This document shows, piece by piece, positions 9,722 through 18,759 of a stretch of DNA of 64,000 nt (position 1 is the stretch's first letter; every line of letters starts with the position of its first letter). The stretch is from a virus (taxonomy: Duplodnaviria; Caudoviricetes), in IMG/VR virus record IMGVR_UViG_3300000439_000009, positions 42,854-106,853 of that record; one strand, given 5' to 3'. The notes under the pieces were generated by a model. The model was given only the letters and a program-made list of their open reading frames with translations. It did not search any database and was not told the DNA's origin. Position numbers and translations under genes: made by a program.

Positions 9722-10248
9722 ATAGCTTCATTTACTGCCCACCAAGCAATACCCACTGAGTCTGTAACGTTATTGTTATCAGTATTAACTCCTAGAGTTT
9801 TAGCAAACTCAATAGTTTTTTGCTTCCTTAGTTCTCTAACTTTGTTTTTATACCAAGATTCTGTTTTTCCTGGAAAATCTTTCTTGACTGATTCTTTTTC
9901 AGCTTTTGTAAAATTAGGATTGTTGATGTAGCCCTGCCACTTAAGTGGGTGGACTTCAATAACTGTTGTATCATCGTCCATCAACTCCCCCATTATTGTA
10001 CCAAACATGTAAGCCATCTTTAGTCCAGTAGCCACAGACTTAACAGAAACTGCAGCCTCTATACATATTATATCATAATCTAACTTACTTTTTAATGCTC
10101 TGACTTTGCGTTTAGCATCTAAGATTCTTTCATAAACACTAGATCCATGAAAAACAATCTCTCCCCATTTAACTGGCTTCTTTCCTGACATTAAGCAGAA
10201 AGCTATGCTATTTGTGCTTGAGTCTATACCTAGAACTCTACTTTCCAT
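9718..10248 (-). CDS. ruvC: RuvC-like Holliday junction resolvase
   Basis: VLGIDSST, ICIEA, V.P..W and TDSVGIA acidic motifs of the RNase H fold. Confidence 0.8.
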   Translation of the reverse strand: MESRVLGIDSSTNSIAFCLMSGKKPVKWGEIVFHGSSVYERILDAKRKVRALKSKLDYDIICIEAAVSVKSVATGLKMAYMFGTIMGELMDDDTTVIEVHPLKWQGYINNPNFTKAEKESVKKDFPGKTESWYKNKVRELRKQKTIEFAKTLGVNTDNNNVTDSVGIAWWAVNEAI

Positions 10249-10519
10249 TTAACATATCCAATAAGCCCTGACGTTCTTTTTCTTTATCTTTAGCCTTGCA
10301 TACTTCACAAACTTCATCAGTAGTAAATCTATTTAATACCTGCTTACACCCACGTGTTTTGCAAGTAAACTTTTCTCCTGAAAGTCTAGCTTTTTTATAG
10401 TAATACTTTTCTTTTATTTTAATATTAGTAGCAATCTTGCAGCATTCGTCTGAGCAATATTTCTGATTGTGTGTCTTAGGCTTAAATTCATTTACGCAAC
10501 CATTATTAGAACATATCAT
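10238..10519 (-). CDS. Cys-rich zinc-finger protein
   Basis: CxxxC..F.PK...QKYCSDEC and CxxxxC...CxxC. Confidence 0.65.
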   Translation of the reverse strand: MICSNNGCVNEFKPKTHNQKYCSDECCKIATNIKIKEKYYYKKARLSGEKFTCKTRGCKQVLNRFTTDEVCEVCKAKDKEKERQGLLDMLNGK

Positions 10520-11298
10520 AAAGATGTCTCCATGGCGGGATACTCAACTTCTCCCTCATCATTTTTCATATCTTTCCAGCAAACCTTTTTAACTGGACAA
10601 TACTTGCAAGCACTTTGAGTTTTAGTAAAGGCTCTATTTGGCAATGTTTCAGCCAAATAAATATCATAGACACCACGAAGCCAATCAAAAACATAATCAA
10701 TAAGCTTTTGGTTTTCTTCATTCATCTGAATGTTTATAAGAAGCAAAGATTGATCATTTTTGTTTTCATAAACAAAAACACCCTGATTATAACCCCACAC
10801 TTTCATGTATGTTAAAAGTTGAATTCTATGGTTGTCCGACGGCTCTAGATCATATCTTTTAATAGAGTATTGTTCATCTTTAGCTGATTTAATTTCAAAT
10901 GGAATCATAAGATCATTTTCAATATCTTGAACAAGACTATCCATATATCCATGGATAGGAGGATCTTCATGCCAAGTATCTATTTCGTGAGCAATTACTT
11001 TGTAATTACCCGCCATTTTACTCATCCTGGACTGAATTCTGTCGTGAACAAAGTTACCGTTCTCCATAGCAGCCTTTGCAGCGGGACCAGCAGTGTCTTC
11101 AAACTCTGCACCACTAAATGCTATGTACCAATATCTAGCACATTTGCCATGACCATAGCCTAAAGTGCTGGGAGAGAATGTTTTCTTTTCAGTAAACCCT
11201 GCTTTACTTTCATAAGTATTATTAAACTCTTCAATGAATCTTTTAGTATCAAATCCATTTGGCTTCTTATGAATTTGCAGTGTTGTTATGCTTGCCAA
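10516..11298 (-). CDS. Cas4-family (PD-(D/E)xK) exonuclease
   Basis: C.RY, G...H, GYMD, EIKS, QL..Y and C-terminal CKYCPVKKVCW Fe-S cluster cysteines. Confidence 0.85.
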   Translation of the reverse strand: MASITTLQIHKKPNGFDTKRFIEEFNNTYESKAGFTEKKTFSPSTLGYGHGKCARYWYIAFSGAEFEDTAGPAAKAAMENGNFVHDRIQSRMSKMAGNYKVIAHEIDTWHEDPPIHGYMDSLVQDIENDLMIPFEIKSAKDEQYSIKRYDLEPSDNHRIQLLTYMKVWGYNQGVFVYENKNDQSLLLINIQMNEENQKLIDYVFDWLRGVYDIYLAETLPNRAFTKTQSACKYCPVKKVCWKDMKNDEGEVEYPAMETSL

Positions 11299-11625
11299 TT
11301 AAACCCCATATCTGGCTGAATACTTTAAAGCATCAACTAGTTTATCTACTGCTTCTGCTGCTGTGTAATATGCATTTTTCCTCTTAGAGGATTCCCCGCC
11401 TTTTTCAAAGGTGGTGTAGTAACGTGCTTGAATTGCAAACTTAGAACTTATAGCCTGAAGTTTAACAATTAAGTCTGGAGCTTTGGTTGAAGGAACATCT
11501 GGCTTTGCAATTAGTTTAATTATTAAAGACATAGCTTCATCTAAATCTTTATCCTGCATATACTCAGAAAGATCGTTAAATTCCGTTACAGCACTTAGCT
11601 GCTCTAAGATTGTTGTTTCCGCCAT
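11299..11625 (-). CDS. Hypothetical helical protein
   Basis: 108-aa ORF, coupled to its neighbours. Confidence 0.6.
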   Translation of the reverse strand: MAETTILEQLSAVTEFNDLSEYMQDKDLDEAMSLIIKLIAKPDVPSTKAPDLIVKLQAISSKFAIQARYYTTFEKGGESSKRKNAYYTAAEAVDKLVDALKYSARYGV

Positions 11626-11912
11626 GCTTCCTCCATCTGCTCAAATAATGCCCATTCAATTACTGCAAGTCTTGTTTTTTGACCAGTCTCACCAAGTATA
11701 AGTTTAAGAACTGGATATTTTTCTCTAGAAACTTTGAACGTATCTGTACATATCTTTGCCCAAATTTCTTTGCTAATAGAGATGGACTTTGAATATTCTT
11801 TATAGTCAACCACAAAATCATGCCATGTAGCATCTCCCTTTTGATAGTCCCCACGTCCAGAATTTTTTTGCGCTTTAGCACCATCTCTTTTTACTTCTCC
11901 ACGCTCTGACAT
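11604..11912 (-). CDS. PD-(D/E)xK nuclease, Holliday-junction-resolvase-like
   Basis: E...NSGRG..KGD.....VDYKE motif. Confidence 0.65.
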   Translation of the reverse strand: MSERGEVKRDGAKAQKNSGRGDYQKGDATWHDFVVDYKEYSKSISISKEIWAKICTDTFKVSREKYPVLKLILGETGQKTRLAVIEWALFEQMEEAWRKQQS

Positions 11913-11913
11913 T

Positions 11914-12090
11914 TTATCCTAACTGATGTTCTGATCTATGACCTTGAGAGCATATCCAAAAAAACATTGCTTTGTTGTTGTCCCACCAAGCGTGATCCAT
12001 ATCTTCTTTGCAGTACTTACACCCGTAAGTACCAAATATCTTTTCACATCCTGGCTGATCTTTGCTTACAAAATTACTAAACTTACCCAT
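11914..12090 (-). CDS. Small zinc-binding protein (58 aa; not in the ORF track)
   Basis: Hand translation MGKFSNFVSKDQPGCEKIFGTYGCKYCKEDMDHAWWDNNKAMFFWICSQGHRSEHQLG*; CxxC...CxxxH; fills the recA-resolvase gap. Confidence 0.7.
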   Translation of the reverse strand: MGKFSNFVSKDQPGCEKIFGTYGCKYCKEDMDHAWWDNNKAMFFWICSQGHRSEHQLG

Positions 12091-13081
12091 AAATATCTTC
12101 TTTTAACTTTTCTACCACATCGGGATTTTCTCTTAGATACTCCAAAGCTTTATTTCTTCCTTGGAATCTTTCTTCACCTATAGTATACCATGCGCCACCT
12201 TTTTGAATTTTGCCCATCATTTCAGCGCAATCTAAAACTTCTCCGATGGCGTCAATGCCAAGGTTATCTCCTTGATAGTAAAAGTCGTATTGACCGCTCT
12301 GGCCCATCGGTCCAAGTTTATTATAGTCAACGATCCAGTTAACTGGCCTGCCAACCTTCTGTTCAATAATCTTGTCACCAACTTGGATTCCAGATTTAAT
12401 AGCATTTGCTTCTGCTTCAGAAGACCAAAGCTTAACAATCGTACTGGAGAAAAACTTAACTGCCATGCCCCCAGTCGGGATATGCGACGCATGCATAGTA
12501 CCAAACTGGTTTCTCTGCTGAGAAATAAGGACGAGTAGCGTATTTTTATTTGCGTAGTTAAGCATTTTGACTGCATGTGTCATATCCTTTGCCTCAGCAC
12601 CAATCTGTTTGGTATCTTCTAGCTTTTTAAGATCATTGCTATCTTTTTCAAAATAGATTGCTGGTAGCAACGCTGATATAGAATCAACTACAATTATATC
12701 AACACCTGCTGCCATAAGTTGGGTTGCAACGTCTACCATATCATTAATACTTTTTGCAGAAGAATAAATAAGGGAAGATGAATCTACTCCTAATTCCGCT
12801 GCCCATGCTGGATCATAAGAAGACTCAGCATCAATCCAAGCACAAGTCTTTCCTTCTTTTTGAGCCATACCAATCATCTGCAAACAGAAAGAAGATTTAC
12901 CAGCAGATTTATTTCCCCATATAAGAACTTGTCTGCCAAACCCCAAACCACCCTTTAAAGCTAAAGTTAAACCAATACTTGGAGTTTTTTGTCTTTCTGA
13001 ACTGACATCTGTAGCAAGCTGAATCCTTTGTCTAGTTTTTGGATCTAGACTTGCTAGTATCTTATCTGCTACTAATGTCAT
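12083..13081 (-). CDS. recA: RecA-like recombinase
   Basis: GNKSAGKS, AWIDAE, IVVDSI, TGGMAVKFFSS, KGGAWY. Confidence 0.92.
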   Translation of the reverse strand: MTLVADKILASLDPKTRQRIQLATDVSSERQKTPSIGLTLALKGGLGFGRQVLIWGNKSAGKSSFCLQMIGMAQKEGKTCAWIDAESSYDPAWAAELGVDSSSLIYSSAKSINDMVDVATQLMAAGVDIIVVDSISALLPAIYFEKDSNDLKKLEDTKQIGAEAKDMTHAVKMLNYANKNTLLVLISQQRNQFGTMHASHIPTGGMAVKFFSSTIVKLWSSEAEANAIKSGIQVGDKIIEQKVGRPVNWIVDYNKLGPMGQSGQYDFYYQGDNLGIDAIGEVLDCAEMMGKIQKGGAWYTIGEERFQGRNKALEYLRENPDVVEKLKEDIYG

Positions 13082-13084
13082 ATT

Positions 13085-13357
13085 TTATTCTGCTAGCTCT
13101 TCAGCTGGTACTGAAGCAATGTCAACAAGATTGAATGTTACAGACTTATCCTCAAGTTGATTTACTGCGATTGTTTTGTCTGCATAATTAGCAACTAAAG
13201 TATCTAGAGGAATATTAACTTCCCCAGTCTTACTAAGAATGGCTGCTAAAATCTGTTCAACACTAATGTTGACACCATCATTTGATGGCTGTGGCTGTGC
13301 TTCTACTGCATCTGCAATAGTAGATTCTACTGCTGACTGTGTTGTTTCATCTGTCAT
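13085..13357 (-). CDS. Hypothetical acidic protein
   Basis: 90-aa ORF; ATGA overlap with the dnaE stop. Confidence 0.55.
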   Translation of the reverse strand: MTDETTQSAVESTIADAVEAQPQPSNDGVNISVEQILAAILSKTGEVNIPLDTLVANYADKTIAVNQLEDKSVTFNLVDIASVPAEELAE

Positions 13358-16300
13358 TTTATATCCTTTACGAATTTAGTACCGTCATCCAATTCTGAAA
13401 TAACGGGGGAACAGAAAGATCCTGCTTTCATCTTTCCTAATGCCAACGTATAAGCTTTTGGAAAAGCTATTACACGGAACATCTCTTTTTGCCCATTGCA
13501 ATATATGATGTGGGCCATCATCTTTTTTTGTTTTGTTTGATAGTGGGTAAAGTCAACCACATATGAGTCCTTATTATCTGGAATCTCAAATTCCTTAGTA
13601 TGTAAATAGTTAATAAACGGATCATCTTTTTTCTCCACTACATCCACTATTGTAACATATCTATGAATTCTATTATCGCCAACAAGGAAGAAATACATAT
13701 TTCCCGTTTCAATTTGAGTATTCTCGCTATGAAAAATACCAATTGCTCCTGTGTCATCAACCAGCTCTACACGTGACCAACCCTTACCCTTTTTAATGGA
13801 TTTAACCATTGCACAAAGAATAAACGTTCCTTCTTCAAGGAACTCTTCTAATGGAGTCACCTGAGATTTAATATGAGCTGTTATTCCACGAGTATCAAAC
13901 TTTGGAATATTTAAATACTCATAATAATTTTCAGATTCTTTGCCAGTTCTCTGATTATCATCAAAAGTTGCTGCCCCTATAGCATTTAATGAATCTATTG
14001 CTCTTGAATTAATACCAGATTTCTTTTCCTGTGCCACTTCTAAAAGATGAGCATAAGATTTATAAGGTCTAGCATTTATAAGTTTTTTGCCAATGGTTTC
14101 AGAAATAAACTTAATATCTGACAAACCAAATCTAATTGAGTTACCTTGAATTGTAAAATCTAATCCAGATTCATTTACATGGGGTAGTAATACCTTAATT
14201 CCCAATCGCTTAGCTTCGATGAGGTATTCTGTTCTGGTATCTTTATTTCCTTCATTTTTAAGGAGCGCAAATACAAACTCAGTTGGATAGTAATGCTTAA
14301 GCCAAGCAGTCCAATAGCTGACCATAGAATAAGCAACAGCGTGAGAACGGTTAAAGGAATAACCAGCATGAGCTTCAAAATCATGCCATAGATGCTCAGC
14401 ATCTTCCTTAGAAATATAACTTCTTGCCCCTTCGATGAACTTATCTTTGAATACATCAAATTCCTTTGCATCTTTCTTCTTACCAATAATCTTTCTAACT
14501 TTATCAGCCTCAGACCATGACATCCCGCCCAAGTGTACGCAAGCCTGCATAACCTGCTCCTGATAAATAATAACTCCGTATGTACGCTCTGTAAACGGCT
14601 TCATAATTGGATGTACGTAAGTCACCATCTTCTCACCACGCTTACGTGCTAGATACTCTGCACCCACAGTATTCATAGCTCCTGGTCTAACAAGAGCGTT
14701 TGATGCAACTAGATCTTCAAATGTATCAACACCCATTTTAATTAATAGGTTTGTGTACGGCGTTGCTTCAGCTTGGAATACACCCTTTGTAAAACCACCA
14801 GTTAGATCATCAAATACAAACTTATCATCTAAGGGCAACGCATTAAGATCAATTGAAACCTTGTGCCTTTCCTTAACCATGTTAACTGTATCTTGAATTA
14901 CTGATAATGTTTTTAAACCAAGAACGTCAAATTTAATAAGACCAATATCTGCTGCCTGATCCATATCATAAGCAACTACTGGAACACGACCTGAAACATC
15001 TTCATCCTTGTCGCTTCTAGATTCGATTGGTGCGTACTTAGAAATAGGTTCTTTAGCAACTACAACTCCAGCAGCGTGAATTCCAACTGAACGGATTCTA
15101 CCACGCAGTTCGGATGCAAACTTTAAAACTTCTGGATACTTTTGTTTAAACCAGTCTACATTCTTATTAGACTCAAACTCTTCAAATGTTTCTACACCCT
15201 TAAGTGCTTTGTTGATTTCTCCAAGCGGTACATCAAATACTCTTCCCGCATCTCTAACTACACCCTTATCTTTGAAATATTGATAGGTGGAGATTGAGGC
15301 AACATTCTTGAATTTCTTTCTCAAGAATTCTTTTACTTCTCCACGACGGCGATCCATAAAATCTGTATCAATATCGGGGAAGTCATTACGTTCTGGGTTA
15401 ATAAATCTAAAGAACAATAGATCATACTTAATAGGATCTACTTCTGTTATTCCTAGCAGGTAACAGACTAACGATCCTGCTGCTGATCCTCGCCCTGGAC
15501 CAACCATGATTTCGTTTTCTTTAGCCCAACGTACCATGTCGCCAACAACAAGAAAATAACTACTAAACTCTTTATCTTTGATGACTTGAAGCTCTTCTTC
15601 CAGTCTCTCTTTATATTGATCATTTTCTAATCCTTTTTCTTTTAATGTGTCATTACACATTTGAATTAACTGCTTGTGTGCATCTTTTTTAGGGTTAGGT
15701 AGTAACTGTAGGTTCTGATGGAACTCGTACTCTTCTACCTTATTAGCAATTTCTTGAGTATTGCTGTATATACTTTGATCCCAGCCATCGCCAAAATCAG
15801 ATGAAATTTCTTTAAAACTTTGGATATAAACATTTATATCTTGAAATGAAATAGGACGATCTGGATAAAGATGGTTTAATCTTTCAAAAACATCCTTGAT
15901 CTTTTTACCAGATTCATAGTTAACACCTTCGGCAAGGTTTGGTTTAGTTGAAAGGATTAACAAAACTTCTTCTAAAGCTTTTTGATCTTTTGTTGCATAG
16001 TGGCAGTCACCAGTAGCAACCATCTTGATGCCGAGATCTTTAGATATTAAAATTTGTCCATCATTAATTTCTTTATCATTGTGCGATTGCATCTCTAGAT
16101 AGAAATCATCACCAAATCTATTCTTAAACCATCGGGCATATTCAAAAGCTTTATCCATATCATTGCGCTGGATAGCCTTTGCTATAAGTCCATTCATGCA
16201 ACCAGACAAAACAATAAGACCATTGCCGTACTCATCTAGTACTTCAAGGTCAATTCTAGGCTTGCGGTAATAACCCTCTGTCCAAGCAATTTCAGATAGC

Positions 16301-16626
16301 TTCTGTAAATTCTTTAGACCTTCAGTATTTTTTGCAAGTAAAATGATGTGGTTAAATACCTGTGTATTATCATCACGCTTTTTAATATCACGCTTGTCAA
16401 AGCGATCTGTTGCTGATATATATGCTTCTAAACCAAGTATTGGCTTCATTCCCAGCTTTTTAGCTGCAACTTGCATTTCTCTATGAGATGACAGTGTTCC
16501 GTGATCTGTAATAGCCATTGCTGTTTGTCCCGCATTTTTTGCAGCAGTCAATAACTCTTCAGGGGAACACAAGCCATCCATAAGTGAATAGTGCGAGTGC
16601 ACATGTAAATGTGTGAAATTCACCAA
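13354..16626 (-). CDS. dnaE: DNA polymerase III alpha subunit (PHP + Pol C + HhH + OB)
   Basis: HLHVHSHYSLMDG, AITDHG, GPGRGSAAGSLV, PDIDTDF, HAAGVV, KFDVLGL, GYSFNRSHA; no obvious intein. Confidence 0.97.
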   Translation of the reverse strand: MVNFTHLHVHSHYSLMDGLCSPEELLTAAKNAGQTAMAITDHGTLSSHREMQVAAKKLGMKPILGLEAYISATDRFDKRDIKKRDDNTQVFNHIILLAKNTEGLKNLQKLSEIAWTEGYYRKPRIDLEVLDEYGNGLIVLSGCMNGLIAKAIQRNDMDKAFEYARWFKNRFGDDFYLEMQSHNDKEINDGQILISKDLGIKMVATGDCHYATKDQKALEEVLLILSTKPNLAEGVNYESGKKIKDVFERLNHLYPDRPISFQDINVYIQSFKEISSDFGDGWDQSIYSNTQEIANKVEEYEFHQNLQLLPNPKKDAHKQLIQMCNDTLKEKGLENDQYKERLEEELQVIKDKEFSSYFLVVGDMVRWAKENEIMVGPGRGSAAGSLVCYLLGITEVDPIKYDLLFFRFINPERNDFPDIDTDFMDRRRGEVKEFLRKKFKNVASISTYQYFKDKGVVRDAGRVFDVPLGEINKALKGVETFEEFESNKNVDWFKQKYPEVLKFASELRGRIRSVGIHAAGVVVAKEPISKYAPIESRSDKDEDVSGRVPVVAYDMDQAADIGLIKFDVLGLKTLSVIQDTVNMVKERHKVSIDLNALPLDDKFVFDDLTGGFTKGVFQAEATPYTNLLIKMGVDTFEDLVASNALVRPGAMNTVGAEYLARKRGEKMVTYVHPIMKPFTERTYGVIIYQEQVMQACVHLGGMSWSEADKVRKIIGKKKDAKEFDVFKDKFIEGARSYISKEDAEHLWHDFEAHAGYSFNRSHAVAYSMVSYWTAWLKHYYPTEFVFALLKNEGNKDTRTEYLIEAKRLGIKVLLPHVNESGLDFTIQGNSIRFGLSDIKFISETIGKKLINARPYKSYAHLLEVAQEKKSGINSRAIDSLNAIGAATFDDNQRTGKESENYYEYLNIPKFDTRGITAHIKSQVTPLEEFLEEGTFILCAMVKSIKKGKGWSRVELVDDTGAIGIFHSENTQIETGNMYFFLVGDNRIHRYVTIVDVVEKKDDPFINYLHTKEFEIPDNKDSYVVDFTHYQTKQKKMMAHIIYCNGQKEMFRVIAFPKAYTLALGKMKAGSFCSPVISELDDGTKFVKDIK

Positions 16627-16644
16627 TACTCCGTTTAGTTTAGA

Positions 16645-17316
16645 TTACCACTCAACAGATGTTGACGTGGTTGATTCTTGAGACGAGTCTGATACTACGC
16701 CCATGTAAAAGTTTTCCTGATCAGCGTATGCAACTGTTCTAACAGCTGTCTTTGGCAAATCAAAAAGCTCATACTTTGAAAAATCAAGAGGCTTGACTTC
16801 TGCAGTTGGGAGTGGGATGATACTGTAATTAGTATCTGTCTTTTCTCCTGTGCGCTTTAACTTCCATACAAGGTTTGTAATGCTGCCAGTCTCTGATGCA
16901 TAAGATCCAATTTCTGGTGTAGCTGATTTTGCGCCAGTTCCCTGTGACAAAATAGCAACATAAGGATCTTCATTGCCATCTTCTACAAGGACGTTTACGT
17001 AGAAACGTGGACGTGCCTTCCATCCAGCCTTCGGATCACGGCGATGCTGCTCACAACCAAAGCACTGACCTTCGTCTTCAAATGTGCAAACTGCCTTGCG
17101 CTTGTAATCTCTTGGATTTGTATGTTCAATGCCTACAATACCTAGGCCTGCTTCTTTATTATAATTTGCTGAGTCAGGATCAATCTCCTGAAGAAAACGG
17201 ATCTTTACTGATTGTCCGTCTTTAAGTTGTAGCCATCTTCCCTTTTGTGAATCTGAAGATGTGTGTGTTGGTTCCATTGCTTTGTTCATAGCTGCTAAGC
17301 CTGTAACGATTCCCAT
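16645..17316 (-). CDS. Single-stranded DNA-binding protein (T4 gp32-like)
   Basis: LKDGQSVKIRFL, H...C...C..C Zn ligands, RTG...DT.Y, acidic tail ending in W; lies between primase and polymerase. Confidence 0.75.
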   Translation of the reverse strand: MGIVTGLAAMNKAMEPTHTSSDSQKGRWLQLKDGQSVKIRFLQEIDPDSANYNKEAGLGIVGIEHTNPRDYKRKAVCTFEDEGQCFGCEQHRRDPKAGWKARPRFYVNVLVEDGNEDPYVAILSQGTGAKSATPEIGSYASETGSITNLVWKLKRTGEKTDTNYSIIPLPTAEVKPLDFSKYELFDLPKTAVRTVAYADQENFYMGVVSDSSQESTTSTSVEW

Positions 17317-17362
17317 ATATGTTCTCCTAAGTGTTTGGGGCTATAGAATGCCCTGTAGTACT

Positions 17363-17371
17363 ATTATACCA
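17363..17371 (-). promoter_or_regulatory. Extended -10 promoter for the SSB-dnaE-recA block
   Basis: TGGTATAAT in the intergenic gap; AGGAG RBS downstream. Confidence 0.6.
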
Positions 17372-18325
17372 TTAATTAATATACTCAAAATGCGTTATTG
17401 CATTTTTAATACATTGTTTTATTTCTTTATCTGTGAGATCTCCCACATCTTTTGCACCATTTGGATATATGACTCCATCATCAAATGAAGCCCAAGATAT
17501 ACTTTTGTTAGGAAGCTTACCCACAATTTCCATTCCAAGCTTTCTTCCCGCTTCGTCAGCATCTGTTGCTATGATGATTGACGACGAATATTTATTTAAA
17601 TTATGTATGTTCTGCTTAGATATACCGCCACCCAAAGTTGCTACAACATTTGGATAACCAGCTTGATGTATTCGAATAGCATCAAAAGAAGATTCACAAA
17701 CAATAATTGTTGGACTTACCTTCTTTGCCCTGTGAAGATTAAACATAGTTAAACTTCTTGGAAGGTTGTCGCTATTCTTAAAACGCTTTCCCTCTATTGA
17801 TCTGCCGATGATTCCTACTGGCATACCTGTAGGACTATGAAGCGGAACAGTTACCATTCCTTGTTTTTGTGAATATCCCAAATAAAAATAATCAATAGAC
17901 TCATCGTTAATGCCACGACCATTAAAGTAACTCCTAGACTCTTCGTTTAAACCACTGTGCAATGCATCAAGTGTATCCTGCGGGAACTCAACAAAGTCTG
18001 GCTTTTCATCAAACAACTCTTCAAGATCTTTATCAAAAGTATCTGGACGATTTTTTTGTAGCATGCGAAGAAATCTTGCTGCTTCAAACTGCCCCATAGA
18101 TCCTTTTTGAATTATAAGATCTTCTAAGCCACCCCTCACATCACAAGAAGGATTAAAGCAGATATACGCACCTGTCTCTTTACTAATAGTAAAAGATGGC
18201 GTGTGAGTGTTATTATGAAATGGACAAAAGCAAAAGTAATTTGTTGAGGATTGATTCTGAATCTTAATGCCAATGCCTTCAAGTATTTCTTTAATTTGTC
18301 CTGGAGCATATCTTTGCATTAACAT
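17372..18325 (-). CDS. dnaG: DNA primase (CHC2 zinc finger + TOPRIM)
   Basis: CPFH...TPSF...CFNPSC, IIVCESSFDA, VATLG, ATDADEAG, KDVGDL. Confidence 0.9.
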   Translation of the reverse strand: MLMQRYAPGQIKEILEGIGIKIQNQSSTNYFCFCPFHNNTHTPSFTISKETGAYICFNPSCDVRGGLEDLIIQKGSMGQFEAARFLRMLQKNRPDTFDKDLEELFDEKPDFVEFPQDTLDALHSGLNEESRSYFNGRGINDESIDYFYLGYSQKQGMVTVPLHSPTGMPVGIIGRSIEGKRFKNSDNLPRSLTMFNLHRAKKVSPTIIVCESSFDAIRIHQAGYPNVVATLGGGISKQNIHNLNKYSSSIIIATDADEAGRKLGMEIVGKLPNKSISWASFDDGVIYPNGAKDVGDLTDKEIKQCIKNAITHFEYIN

Positions 18326-18331
18326 CTTTAC

Positions 18332-18340
18332 ATTATATCA
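18332..18340 (-). promoter_or_regulatory. Extended -10 promoter (TGATATAAT), probably leaderless primase mRNA
   Basis: Exactly 6 nt upstream of the primase ATG; no SD sequence. Confidence 0.65.
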
Positions 18341-18358
18341 AAAATGTATATTACCTGT

Positions 18359-18706
18359 CTATACTACTGCAAAGTAGGGAGGGATGTTTACTGTAAATGA
18401 AGGAGGTGGACTAATAACTTGCTTGGTATGTCTTTTATAAAATTGTTGCCCAGAAAAACCTTCTATTTCTTGCGCTTTCTTTTTACCAACATAGACACCA
18501 AACATTTCTAAATTAAAACTATACGTGTCTTTATTTTCATTATATTTAATTGAGAACTGTGGCTCTAAATCAAGAACTGGAACATAGCCTCTATCACGCA
18601 TATCTTGTAATAATATTCTTTCATACATTAAACGTGAATTGCCAATTGACGAGTCATCTTTGATAACCCCGCCAATTAGAAATGCTCTGATAGTTCTCTT
18701 TAACAT
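18359..18706 (-). CDS. Conserved hypothetical phage protein
   Basis: 115-aa ORF between helicase and primase (MR..GYVPVLD...F...YVGKKKA). Confidence 0.6.
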   Translation of the reverse strand: MLKRTIRAFLIGGVIKDDSSIGNSRLMYERILLQDMRDRGYVPVLDLEPQFSIKYNENKDTYSFNLEMFGVYVGKKKAQEIEGFSGQQFYKRHTKQVISPPPSFTVNIPPYFAVV

Positions 18707-18708
18707 AT

Positions 18709-18749
18709 TAGCCTTACTGTCTATCTAATTATACTAGACAGTAAGGCTA
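18709..18749. promoter_or_regulatory. Perfect 15-bp inverted repeat with TATAAT in the loop
   Basis: tagccttactgtcta (18709-18723) / tagacagtaaggcta (18735-18749); the 11-nt loop reads GTATAATTAGA on the minus strand. Confidence 0.7.
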
Positions 18750-18759
18750 TTACATAGAC

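Noticed and set aside
10516-11298. Cas4 as evidence of a CRISPR system
   Set aside because: It is a solo Cas4-like nuclease in the recombination block; I saw no other cas genes and no repeat-spacer array.
13354-16626. Intein or intron in DnaE (also checked helicase, terminase, RecA)
   Set aside because: Lengths are normal, motifs are contiguous, and I saw no intein or homing-endonuclease signatures.
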